From Octopus bimaculoides (taxonomy: Eukaryota), in contig NC_069004.1 in assembly GCF_001194135.2 (NCBI RefSeq), forward strand, positions 29,766,370 to 29,830,369: a stretch of DNA of 64,000 nucleotides, read 5' to 3'. The notes under the pieces were generated by a model, which saw only the letters and a program-made list of their open reading frames with translations, searched no databases and had not been told where the DNA came from. Below are positions 12,272 through 24,370 of the stretch, one piece after another; within the stretch, counting starts at the first letter, position 1; the number at the start of each line of letters is the position of its first letter. The position numbers and the translations under genes were made by a program.

Positions 12272-15071
12272 TTCGATCCCGTTCGACATTGTATCGTAAA
12301 GAATGATTTTCATAAAGATCCTGTGCATATTTTTACCCTTATATTTTTGTCTTCTAATTGGTTACATGATGACTTGGAATAAAAGAAAGTTTCATTAGTT
12401 ATATATATATATATATATATTTAGTTATCTATTTATTACTTTATCAGATCAGATTGAATTTTTGATGCGAAGACGGGAGCTATTTCTCTTCCATTTCTAT
12501 TTCTTTTGTCTAGGGGTAAATAACTTATTTAATGTTGTGACAATTGTACAGCTTAGCGACTGTACAGCTAATTGATCAACATTATAGACGTTGATTAAAG
12601 TACATAGATACATACAAAACTGCCTGTTGTTGAGGTTGAAATTCCAATGAAGGAACCTTGGATCTCGGTTAGAAACCGTCTCTTTCTCTATTGGCAAGAA
12701 ATCTTTGTTTGTGCCTTTGTGTTTGTCCCTCACTACCGTTCAAGCAAAACAATATTGTTTTTATACATTGTGAACAAGAAGCACGATCGCAACACAGAGC
12801 AGTTGCCCGGTGAAACCAATCGATCATGTGGTTCGATTTCGATCTATGTACAGGTAATTTTATGCCTCTAAATAAATCCTATGGGGCCCAAGGCATTGAT
12901 TTTCCCGATGAGCTATAATACTGCCGAGATGGCCCTGCATACATTCCCCATATATTCTGTAAATTTCGCCGCGATTCATCACAGTTACCCTCGAATGTTT
13001 TTTTTTTGTTTTTTTCATTTGCTGCACGGGGCCGTTTTAAAATTTATTTATGTTATTTAAAACAAAAAGACTCTACACATACGTATATGCTAATTATAAA
13101 AATTCCATTTACTTTTAAGAGAAGCTGAAAATTAAAAAAAAATAAACCTTTAAAAATTTTAATGTTTAACTAATTTTAGCCAATCAGAAGCCTTTATTAT
13201 CGACACGCCGTGTCACTATATGAAAGAGAGCGCCGTGTATATTTATTTATTGAATCTGAAACGAGAATTTAATGAAAGAAGGAGAAAACGTTATAAAACC
13301 TCCCGAGGTTGAAGGTTCGTAACCCTTTCTTTTAATTATTATTATTAATTTCTCACAAAATATCATTGTTTAATTAGCATGTGTAGAAATATTTTAAAAA
13401 AGAAAACGATTAAAAGGTCCCGAACGTCTTCCAGCTGTAACCATCATCTCGCGTTTTCGGGACTATACAATAGGCATTGATTGGCTGTTATTTCTAGCGT
13501 ATCTAATAAGCGTGTAGAGGTTATGGTATAACTACAGTTTGATGCCCCGTTTTGTTTTCGTTGTTTTTCTCGTAACTCTCTGAGAATTCATGTATTTTAA
13601 TGAAGTTTTGTAGAGGTATATTCTTGTGTATGTAGATTAAGATTATATTGATGAAATTTGCTTAAAACAATTTTAAGGACTTTTGCATCATCCTTCTCTC
13701 TCCTCCTGACTTTTATTTCCTCATAACGGTTTAAAATGCATATTTTTAGATGATATTTTGCAGAAATTTGTTTTCGAGGGTGTTGATTAAAATTATATTC
13801 ATAGAATTTGGAAAAAAAACAATTAGATTTTGAGGGTAGGTTTCGGAATCTGTCATTCTGCCTTGACTCTGTTAGCACCAATTTCCGTCGATTTAGCACT
13901 TTTCACATTCCTTTCAGATTTTATATCTTAGATATCAAAACTGTGTTATCTACCATATCTACTGTACAATCTAATGTGTCGCTGCAACATTCCATTTAAA
14001 AGATAAACATGCTTCGGGAAATTATGCGGAAACAGTTGGTGGGGCATTATTCTATACATATGTTCTTGTTCCTTCATTACTGGGATTTTTTTTCACTTGT
14101 CAGCACTTTCGAGACATGTTGTACTTAATACGTGGCAACACCTCGTAACTCTTTTGTTATCATATTTCCGTTGAAATTTTAATGAATTTTAAAACCTTGG
14201 CGATATTCCAGAATGTTCTTCACCATTAGAAAACGATTTGTGGGCGGGGACTTGTTCCCTTTCATTTTTTTTTTTTTTTTTAGTCAGAAAGTATTGCTTA
14301 TGATCCTTTATAGGGTTTCGAAAACTGTTGTGGGTGGGAAGAAAGATATCTTCAAACCGGTCCGAATGCTTACAACAGAGTGGACTTGGCTAAAGATACT
14401 CGATTCCCCAGGTTGAGATGTTAAACCGGGCGAGATGTTACGCCTTCAGACTAAATTAGAAACAGTTATTATTATCGTTATTGCACCGGACAAAATGCTT
14501 ATTGACATTTCTTCCGACTACTGGCTCTGTGCCACAATTTCAAACCATTATAGGTTGCGGGGCACTGTTTTATATCAACNNNNNNNNNNNNNNNNNNNNN
14601 NNNNNNNNNNNNNNNNNNNNNNNNNNNNNNNNNNNNNNNNNNNNNNNNNNNNNNNNNNNNNNNNNNNNNNNNNNNNNNNNNNNNNNNNNNNNNNNNNNNN
14701 NNNNNNNNNNNNNNNNNNNNNNNNNNNNNNNNNNNNNNNNNNNNNNNNNNNNNNNNNNNNNNNNNNNNNNNNNNNNNNNNNNNNNNNNNNNNNNNNNNNN
14801 NNNNNNNNNNNNNNNNNNNNNNNNNNNNNNNNNNNNNNNNNNNNNNNNNNNNNNNNNNNNNNNNNNNNNNNNNNNNNNNNNNNNNNNNNNNNNNNNNNNN
14901 NNNNNNNNNNNNNNNNNNNNNNNNNNNNNNNNNNNNNNNNNNNNNNNNNNNNNNNNNNNNNNNNNNNNNNNNNNNNNNNNNNNNNNNNNNNNNNNNNNNN
15001 NNNNNNNNNNNNNNNNNNNNNNNNNNNNNNNNNNNNNNNNNNNNNNNNNNNNNNNNNNNNNNNNNNNNNNN

Positions 15072-15860
15072 TATGTTCTGAGTTCAAATTCCGCCGAGGT
15101 CAACTTTGCCTTTCATCCTTTCGAGGTCGATAAATCAAGTACCAGTTGCGTACTGGGGGTCGATTTAATCGACTGGTCCCCTCCCCAAAAATTTCGGGCC
15201 TTGTGCCTGGAGTAGAAAAACATTATTATTATCATTAAAGCAGGGAGCTGGCAGAATCGTTAACACGCTAGACGAAATGCTAAGCGATATTTCGTCCGTC
15301 ACTAGGTTCTGGGTTCAAATTCCGCCAAGGTTGACTTTGCCTTTCATCCTTTCAGGGTCGATAAATTAAGTACCAGTGAAACACTGGGGTCGATGTAATC
15401 TACTAGTGCCCTCCCTAACATTTCAGGCCTTGTGCCTTCTGTAGGTGGTCATTTAAGGTGGTCAGCTGACAGAATCGTTAGCACACTGGACAAAATAAGT
15501 AGCAGTATTTCACCCATCATTACATTCTCAGTTCAAATTCCGCTGAGGTTCACTTTGCCTTTCATCCTTTTGGGGTTGATGAAATAGGTACCGGTTACAC
15601 ACTGGGGTCAATGAAATCGACCATCTCTCTCCCCCAAATTTCTGGCCTTAGCATAAAAGTGACAAGCTGGCAGGATCATTAGCACGCAGGCAGAATGCTT
15701 AGCAGCAATTCATCCACCTTGACGTTTTGAGTTTAAATTCTGGCGAGGTCAGCTTTGCCGTTAATTTTTTGGGGGTCGATAAAATAAGTACCAGTAAAAC
15801 TCTGGGGTTGATGTAATCAACTAGTCCCCCTCCCCACAAATTTCAGGCCTTGTGCCTTTA
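15072..15860 (+). mobile_element. Head-to-tail array of four SINE family B copies (tRNA-like head plus gtcgactttgcctttcatcctttcggggtcgata core)
   Basis: Four successive ~200-bp units. The core resembles the Meta/Sauria-type SINE central domain (inference). Confidence 0.8.
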
Positions 15861-15961
15861 ATAGAAAGAATCATTGTTAATACAGTTCTATATTTAAGAG
15901 ATGAGGAATTATTTACATTATTTACATTTGACAGATATTTGTCCTCATCTTGTTTGTTGTT

Positions 15962-16007
15962 AACACAACGTTTCAGCTGATATACCCTCCAGCCTTCATC
16001 AGGTGTT
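15962..16007 (-). ncRNA. Minimal type I hammerhead fold in SINE family E
   Basis: Minus strand: AACAC CUGAUGA A GGCUG-GAGGGUAUAU-CAGCU GAAA CGU U GUGUU. 5-bp stems I and II, intact core, GUU triplet, palindromic AACGUU stem III. Confidence 0.65.
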
Positions 16008-16327
16008 TTGAGGAAACTTCGAACTTGAGTTCTCATTCCTAAAGTAGAAAGAATCGTTGTTAATACAATTCTATCTTTTAGAGATGAGGAATTATTTACA
16101 TTTGACGGATATTTGTCCTCATCTTGTTTGTTGTTAACATGTTTCGGCTGATATACCCTCCAGCCTTCATCAGATGTTTTGGGGAAGTTTCAAACCTGCA
16201 TTCTCATTCCTAAGGTACTTTTCGATGTTGTTGTTATTATTATTATTCAGGTCACCACCTGGAATTGAACTTGGAATCTTGGGGCTAGTAGCCCATGCTC
16301 TTAACCACTACACTATCATTTCCCGAA

Positions 16328-16373
16328 GACACCTGATGAAGGCTGGAGGGTATATCAGCTGAAATGTTGTGTT
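16328..16373 (+). ncRNA. Minimal type I hammerhead fold in SINE family E
   Basis: GACAC CUGAUGA A GGCUG-GAGGGUAUAU-CAGCU GAAA UGU U GUGUU. Confidence 0.6.
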
Positions 16374-17385
16374 AACAACAAACCAGATGAAGACAAATAT
16401 CTGTCAAATGTAAATAATGTAAATAGAATCATTGTTATCATTTAAGATGGTGAGCTAGTAGAATGATCAACACACCAGACAAAATGCTCAGCAGAATTTC
16501 TTCAATCTGTATGTTCTGAGCTCAAATTCTGCCAAGATCGACTTTGACCTTCATCCTTTCAGGGTCAATAAAATAAATACTGGTCAAGCACTGGGGTCAA
16601 TGTGATTGACTAGCCCCTCTCCTCAAAAAATGTTGGCAGAACCGTTAGCATGCTGGACAAAATGCTTGGCGGCATTTTATTCATGTATATATTCAAGTTC
16701 TGCCTTTGAACCGTTCAGGGTTGATATAATCAACTTGCATCCTGCCCCCAAGATTTCAGTATTTGTATACATAGTACAAAAAAATCATTCTTTTCTATTC
16801 CAGGCACAAGGCCTGAAATTTTTGGGGAGTGGGGGGGGGGCAGTCGATTAGATCGACTCCAGTACGCAACTGGTACTTAATTTATCAACCCCGGAAAGGA
16901 TGAAAGACAAAGTCGACCTCGGCGGAATTTGAACTCAGAACTTAGACGAAATACCGCTAAGCATTTCGCCCGGCGTGTTAACGTTTCTTATTTGTTTATT
17001 GCCCACAAGGGGCTACACACAGAGGGGACAAACAAGGACAGACAAAGAGATTAAGTCAATTACATCGACCCCAGTACACAACTGGTGCTTAATTTATCGA
17101 CCCCGAAAAGGATGAAAGGCAAAGTAGACCTCGGCAGAATTTGAACTCAGAACGTAATGGCAGACAAAATACTGCTAAGCATTTCGCCCGGCATGCTAAC
17201 CATTCTGCCAGCTTTACCTTTCATCCTTTCAGGGTTGATGAAATAAATACCAGTAATGCACTGGAGTCAATGTAATCAACTAGCCCACCTCCCCTAAAAT
17301 TTCAGTCCTTGTGTCTATAACACAAAGAATTATCATTGACATTGTTTTGTTTCTCTTCACCAGAGATTCCACCAACAGTTTCAAG

Positions 17386-17565
17386 ATGCGACAATTAAAA
17401 GGTCAAGTGAAGAAAGAGACGAAAAGAGAGAAGCGGGAGAGGAAAAAAGACTTCTTGGAGAACAAACAGAAGGTCTTCACCATTGTCTTACCCGTTTTCA
17501 TTCTCCTCATCTGTTTGATCATCACATATGTATACTTCAAAACAAAACCAGTGTCCCAATACTGA
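17386..17565 (+). CDS. SMCO4: Single-pass membrane and coiled-coil domain protein 4, complete CDS in one exon (59 aa)
   Basis: MRQLKGQVKKETKREKRERKKDFLENKQKVFTIVLPVFILLICLIITYVYFKTKPVSQY* matches recalled human SMCO4 (MRQLKGKPKKETSKDKKERKQAMQEARQQITTVVLP...VFVYVATRP). Basic coiled coil plus a C-terminal TM helix. An acceptor (ttctcttcaccag, AG 17362-17363) lies 22 nt upstream of the ATG, implying an upstream non-coding exon. Confidence 0.93.
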   Translation: MRQLKGQVKKETKREKRERKKDFLENKQKVFTIVLPVFILLICLIITYVYFKTKPVSQY

Positions 17566-19471
17566 GATCAACAACATCCATGTTTTTCACTTCATATATC
17601 ATCTCTCAGCATCTTTTCCAACTATGTATCATTCCTGATATCTGAAATTTTTATTGTTACACTGTCACTTTCATACATAGAAATACACACACACATGAGC
17701 TGGCAGAAACGTTAGCAGGCCGGGCGAAATGCTTAGCGGTATTTCGTCTGCCACTACGTTCTAAGTTCAAATTGCGCCGAGGTCAACTTTGCCTTTCATC
17801 CTTTCGGGGGTCGATTAAATAAGTACCAGTTACGCACTGGGGTCGATACAATCGACTTAATACGTTTGTCTGTCCTTGTTTGTCCCCTCTGTGTGTAGCC
17901 CCTTGTGGGTAGTAAAGAAATAAGAAATACACAAACACACACAGATATGTGTGTGTATACATGATATCCTAAGGCGTTCATCTGACAGAGTCGCTACAGC
18001 GTCGGAAAAAATGCTTGGCGGTATTTCTTCCGACTCAGTACATTCTAAGTTCAAATTTCTTCCACCAAGGTCGACATTGCCCTTCATCCTTTCAGGGGTT
18101 GATAAAACAAGTACCAGTCAAGCACTGGGGTCAGTGTAATCAACTTGCTCGTCCACCTTCTCTCAAAAACTGCTGCTGGAAAGAACATTATATATATACA
18201 CATATAGACACGGTAGCCTGGGGTATTCTTCTGCCTGGCCTACTCCTGTTGAATTGTCCAACACATGCCTGCATGGAAGGAGGACATTAAACGATGATGA
18301 TGAATATATATATATATGTGTGTGTTTGTTAATATTTAGCAGATGCAACAGAGTGACTCAAGGTCTGAAAGTTTCGTGTGTTGGCACTTATCAAAGTGCC
18401 AATTCACAAAACTCTTGACCCATGAATCACTCTGTTACTTCTGCTAAATATTAATAAAATATATACATATGCTCATATTTTGAGTTCTATTTTTCCTGTT
18501 TGCACCAACATACCTATATATATATATATATATATAATCTGTGGTGGTTTTTTGGTAAGCAGTGTCAATTTTTTACAATTCTGTAAATTATAATAATATT
18601 TTATAAGCAACCACCATGTAATGATTAAAGAAAATAGTCTCTAATATTGGGGCCATCGATGGAAAAAAGTATTTTTGCCATCAAAGGTTTATATCTTCCA
18701 TTATTAGGCTATTTTCTTTAGTCATTACACAAGGATTGCTTATAAGTTTTAAGCTTATAAAATGTGTATGTGTATACTCACACACACATGTTGTTCTCCT
18801 GAGTTCTGAATACGTGATAGTCATGAAATATCAACATTTAAGAAGGTACCAATTCTAGTCACAGTAAAGTTACCATCTTGGAGCTACCAGTAACCTGCTC
18901 AGGAGTTCAAATCTTTCTATTACAACAATGTTGTTATGCTGTTCAGATAACCCCAGGCATTCAATTTCTCTCAGCTCCCTTCATCAACGATATAGGATTG
19001 GGATTCCCAACTGTAAAACTACTTGCCCGAATCACAATATCTCATATGTATTCCTAGCATGAAAAAAGAAATGTATGTTGAAACAAAAGTATAATTTAAA
19101 GCTTTATAAATGGACTTAAGTATGTGTGTGTGTATATGTTTGCATGTATAGAGCTGATGTTTATTGCATAAGGTAAGATTTAAATCTTAATGCAATAAAT
19201 AATGGTTTATTATTTACGTCATATATTATGCATATGTATATATGTGTATAAGAAGGGATGACTATTAAGTGGACATCCAATATGCTAGAAAGAGGTCATC
19301 AATGACCCAACCACTTAATGGTCATCCCTTCTTATACACATGTAATACAATTTTTCTGAATTTTCAGATTTTTTTTATATGCTAGGCCACTTGGTTTTAA
19401 ATTGAATTAATATTCAATTTATCACCCTCTATATATATATATATGTACATATATATATATATATATCTGTA

Positions 19472-19670
19472 ATATGTGGCAATTATTCGGTTGGCGTAAT
19501 AAAACTCCAAATTTCGGATGTCGGGGTGGAAGCCTGCTCTGGCATCTCTTCAGTTATGAAGGCAATCAAAATATGCTATGGAAATGACCGTTAAACAAAG
19601 GGAAATTACTATGTAATTGACCACATCTGAAACTCGGAGTCTTATTATAGTAACCGAATAATTGTCATAT
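19472..19670. mobile_element. ~200-bp element with ~50-bp imperfect terminal inverted repeats in (TA)n
   Basis: atatgtggcaattattcggttggcgtaataaaactcc...ggagtcttattatagtaaccgaataattgtcatat. Confidence 0.7.
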
Positions 19671-19741
19671 ATTATATTACAGATAAATTCCTCTATTTAC
19701 ATAATATTGTGGTCTCTTTCATTCTTTTGTTGTCTTACCAT

Positions 19742-19783
<42 letters not shown>

Positions 19784-19875
19784 GATACCTGTTTGTGATA
19801 GAAAAAAGACACACCACTCACCAATGACATTTGGACCACATATAGTATACAACATACTGTGAGTTAGTCTGTGTT

Positions 19876-19909
<34 letters not shown>

Positions 19910-20542
19910 TCACAATTGCATATTATATAAATATACATACACACATATATCTATAAGAAATGTTTCTCTATCTATGTCTCTTTACATATATATAATCACA
20001 CACACACATTCAAACATGCATACACACACACACATATATATGAAATAGAAGCTTTGTTTCTTTTTTTAAAAGATCAACTTCTGATGACCTACTTGCTCAA
20101 CAAACCAACAAATTGCCTCCTTACTCTATTACAATAAACCCTGCATTTTGAAAATATAATCTACATTGAATTCGCTTAATTTTGACTAGAATTACATTTC
20201 CACCTGGTACTGAGGTAACAGACTTCACCAAAAATAACAAATCTTTTAAAGAGCCAATAAAATCTGAAGAACCTTTTTCTTTTCTTTGCTCTGTACTTTC
20301 TGCTATTGGTACATGGCCACAAGTTTTGGAGAAAAACGGCATAGTCAGTTAGCTTGACACTAGTATGTAAATGGGGTATAATCTAGCAAAGAACCCCAGA
20401 AGGATGAAAGATGAATTCAACTTTAGTGAGATTTGAACTCGGAACATGACAATATTACAATACATTTATCCAATATTTTATTGTTTCTGCCATTCAGCCT
20501 TGTAGACTTCCATGTTTGATTCCTTATAAAACCAAAGCTTTA

Positions 20543-20741
20543 TAGTTCTATATTTAAGAGATGAGGAATTACATACATTATTTACAATTGACGGATATTT
20601 GTCCTCATCTTGTTTATTATTAACACAACGTAATGGCTGATATACACTCAAGCCTTCATCAGGTGTCTTGGGGAAATTTTGAACCTGGGTTCTCATTCCT
20701 GAGGTATTTTTCTATGTTGTTATTATTATTCAGGTGACCTA

Positions 20742-20772
<31 letters not shown>

Positions 20773-20870
20773 TCGAAAAATACCTTAGGAATGCAAACCC
20801 AGGTTCAAAATTTCCCCAAGACACCTGATTAATGCTGGAGAGTCTATCAGCCAAAACGTTGTTAACAACA
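20543..20870. mobile_element. SINE family E inverted pair (minus copy then plus copy)
   Basis: Fold-back centred near caggtgacct at about 20735. Both hammerhead cores are mutated. Confidence 0.8.
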
Positions 20871-22101
20871 GTCCAAAGCTTTATGCTTTGTGGCTGTGTG
20901 ATGAGAAGTTTGCTTCTTGACCACATGGTTTTGGGTTCTATCTCTCTGTGTGGTACCTTGGGCAAGTGTCTTCCACTGTGGCCTCAGACCAACCAAAGCA
21001 TTGAGAGTCAGTTTGGTAGATGGAAACTGAAAGGAGCCTGTCATATGTGTATGCATATAGGTCTTTGTGTTTGTCCACCACCACTTGACAACTAGTGTTG
21101 GTTTGTTTATGTCCCTGTAACTTAGCAGTTCACCAAAGAAAACCACTAGAATAAGTACCAAGCCTTAAAAAAAAGTAATTTCAAGATGGTGCCCCAGCAT
21201 GGCCACAGTCCAAAGAGTGAAACAAACAGGAAATATCTTTGGTGGAGCAACAGGCAAAGTACTTTACAGTATTTTAGTTAGCTTGCAATATACATCCCTT
21301 TATATTCTGAGTTCAAATACCACTGAAGTTCACTTTATACTTTCAATTATTGTGGGCCAAATAAGGAATATGAATATTTACTCATCGAAAAATGTGAGAA
21401 AACCCTCCTCATTATCCAATGTGTTTCATATTTTAATGTTTTGCTTCATCAAGACTTGTATAATGTCAACAAAAGCAACAACAAAAAACATTTCACCTCA
21501 ATAAAGAATATATTTTCCAATATCAAAAAACATCTTGTTTTTATTTCTCGTTAGGTGGAGCTGAAAGCAAGTGGCTTAGCCGTTAGGGTATTCGGCAACC
21601 ACTCCAAGAGTGTAGTGGGTGCTTTTACATGCCACCAGCACGAAGGCCAGTCAGGCGGTACTGGCAACGGCCATATCAGGAAACTGATAAGAAAAGACCC
21701 AAAACCTTAAATTATTTAAGGGACAATAAAACTCAAGTTTAGGACGCTCAAACAACAGAACACTCAAGCAATTTTTATTTTTAAATATATATTCTTCAAT
21801 TTACATTATTTTAACCAACACATATAAGCATGTACATACATATATATATATATATATATATGCATATACACACTTATCTGTGTGAAGGTTTATATTTTGG
21901 CAACAGCTTTGGAATTATTGGGATTTTTTTTTTTTGTTTTGTAATATTCTTTGTAAAAATTTTTTGCAAAAATTGTTCATTGTTTTGTTCCAGTTGTGGA
22001 ATTAAATATCCATCTCCAAGAATTTTCATGAAATAGTGTTTGGTCAAGATACAAAAATAAAAAAAAAAAACATTGGAAGAAACAGATGTATGAGTGTGTG
22101 C

Positions 22102-22136
<35 letters not shown>

Positions 22137-22179
22137 CACACACAGACAAGCAGAGGTGTTGACAGATTAAGTAGAATGT

Positions 22180-22377
22180 TCAATCTATGTTTCTAACAAT
22201 GCGTCTGCAAAAGGGTGATTTCATCTCATCAAGAGCTTTTTCCAGTTCCTTAGTTAACTGAACAAGGTTCCCAGGGTCAGTTTGTAGATGGTGTGTTGTG
22301 ACTTCATCATCCTCTTCTAAGTGGAGCTTCAGCAGAACGTTTGGCATCACCTGGTGCCTCATGGATCGACTTGCAAC
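22180..22377 (-). CDS. COMMD2: COMMD2 exon 5, terminal (VASRSMRHQVMPNVLLKLHLEEDDEVTTHHLQTDPGNLVQLTKELEKALDEMKSPFCRRIVRNID*)
   Basis: Matches human LASRSLRQQIKPAVTIKLHL...LQTDPATLLHLVQQLEQALEEMKTNHCRRVVRNIK. The five exons total 600 nt = 199 aa plus stop. Confidence 0.96.
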   Translation of the reverse strand, partial: VASRSMRHQVMPNVLLKLHLEEDDEVTTHHLQTDPGNLVQLTKELEKALDEMKSPFCRRIVRNID

Positions 22378-23233
22378 CTGTAATGCAAAGGAAAAGAAAA
22401 TCATTTAGGAAAAGGGACAGATAATTCAAATTCTTTACAGTACTGGACCAGTTGTTGGCACTCCATCGCTTACGACGTCGAAGGTTCCAGTTGATCCGAT
22501 CAACGGAACAGCCTGCTTGTGAAGTTAACGTGCAAGTGGCTGAGCACTCCACAGACACGTGTACCTTTAACATAGTTCTCGGGGATATTCAGCGTGACAC
22601 AGTGTGACAAGGCTGACCCTTTGATTTACAGGCACAACAGAAACAGGAAGAAAGAGTGAGAGAAAGTTGCGGAAGAGTACAGCAAGGTTCGCCACGATCC
22701 CCTGCCGGAGCCAACAATGACCGAGTTGCGCCATTAGACCACCAGGTCGGAATAAATACAGCAGTAATTTTTTCATCTTTTAAGTATTCTAGTCACTAGA
22801 CTGCAGCCATGCTGTGGCACCAGCTAGAAAGGTCTACTCAAGCAAGTCAACCCCAGCATCTATTTTTTTAACTCTGGTGCTTATTCTTAGGTCTCTTTGC
22901 CAAACTGCTAAGTTATAAGGACATAAATAAACCAACACAAGTTGTCATGTGGTGGTGGTAGGAGAGACACAAACACATACACACACACATGACAGGCTTC
23001 AGGACAGTCTTTACTAAATACACTCACAATACATTGATTAGCCCAGGGCTATAGCAGACAATACTTGTTTATGGTGTTGTACAGTAGAAATGAACCTGAA
23101 GTCACATGATTGCAGAGAAAGCTCCTTCAACCACATAACCATGTTAAAACAAAACAAAAATTTTTTTAAAAAATAAATATAATTATTTTTTTTAAATAAA
23201 TGGAAAAATAAAATACTAGGAATGTTTGCTCAC

Positions 23234-23407
23234 CTGAACATCAAAACGCCATTCTAAATTGTCATAATGTGGCAACTCCATAGACATTTCCGAAAGAATA
23301 TTCCGGATGTTTCCTCTGTTTTCTAGATACATAGTGAGCAAAATGTCTATTTTGTCATCTTGGAAGCCAAGAATACTTAAAGACTCTTTGTATTCTGTTT
23401 CAGGAAT
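23234..23407 (-). CDS. COMMD2: COMMD2 exon 4 (IPETEYKESLSILGFQDDKIDILLTMYLENRGNIRNILSEMSMELPHYDNLEWRFDVQ, 174 nt)
   Basis: Contains the COMM-domain start (YxNLEWRxDVQ). Acceptor ttctttacag, donor GTGAGC, phase 0 to 0. Confidence 0.95.
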
Positions 23408-23469
23408 CTGTAAAGAACATCATTATCATAATAACAACAACAACAACAATAATGATAATGATAACACAA

Positions 23470-24370
23470 GGTCCGAAATTTTGAGGGAGAGGACAAGTCA
23501 ATTACATCAACCTGTGTTTTTTTTTTTTGGTACTTAACAACCGTGAAAGGATGAAAGGCAAAGTCAACCTCGGCAGGATTTGAACTCAGAATGTAGCGAT
23601 GAGCGAAATACTGCTAAGCATTTTGCCTGGCATGCTAATGATTCTGCCAGCTCACCACCTTAATAATAATGATAATAATAATAATAACGATAATAATAAT
23701 AATAATGATAGTAATAATAATGATGATGGTTTCAAATTTTTCCACAAGGGCAACTATTTTGAGGGAGAGGATAAATTGATTACATCAACGCCAGTGTTCA
23801 ACTGGTACTCTTACTATCAACCCTGGAAGGATGAAAAGCAAAATTGACCCCAGCAGAATTTGAACTCAGAACATAAAGATGGACGAACTACCATTAAGCA
23901 TTTTGCCCAGCACCATAACAATTCTTCCAGCTCACCACCTTAATAATAATAATAACGATGACTTCAAATTTTTGCCTCAAGGGCCGCTTGGGGGAAGGGA
24001 TCAAGTCAATTACATCGACCGCAATGTGTAACTGGTAGTTATTTAACCGAGCCCCGAAAGGATGAAAGGCAAAGTTGACCTCGGCAGAATTTGAACTCAG
24101 AACGTAGCAACGGGTGAAATACTGCTAAGCGTTTCACCTGGTGTGCTAACGATTCTGCCACCTTGCCACCTTAATAATAATCCTTTCTACTGGAGGCACA
24201 AGGCCTCGAATTTGTGGGGAAGGGACTAGTAGATTACATTGACCCCAGTGTTCGACTGGTACTTAATTTATCGTCCTTGAAAGGATGAAAGGAGAATATG
24301 AACTCAGAATGTACGGATGGGCAAAAATACCGCTAAGCATTTCTCCAGGTGCACTAACGATTCTGCCAGC
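23470..24370 (-). mobile_element. Array of four or five SINE family B copies separated by (AAT)n
   Basis: Most heads begin at ttattattaagg(c/t)gg(c/t)gagctgg. Located in COMMD2 intron 3. Confidence 0.8.

Larger units (their letters stand above)
15870..16432. mobile_element. SINE family E cluster: tRNA-like head, (AAT)n, hammerhead-containing tail; two minus copies and one plus copy
   Basis: Head with A box (TAGTGGTTAAG) and B box (GTTCAATTCC) at 16247-16314 (-). Shared tail aacaaacaagatgaggacaaatatccgtcaaatgtaaat...cctcatctcttaaatatagaactgta. Confidence 0.8.

Noticed and set aside
12645-12710. Hammerhead-like spacing ccaatga...gaaaccgt
   Set aside because: The core deviates (CCAAUGA) and stems I and II are unconvincing in this copy.
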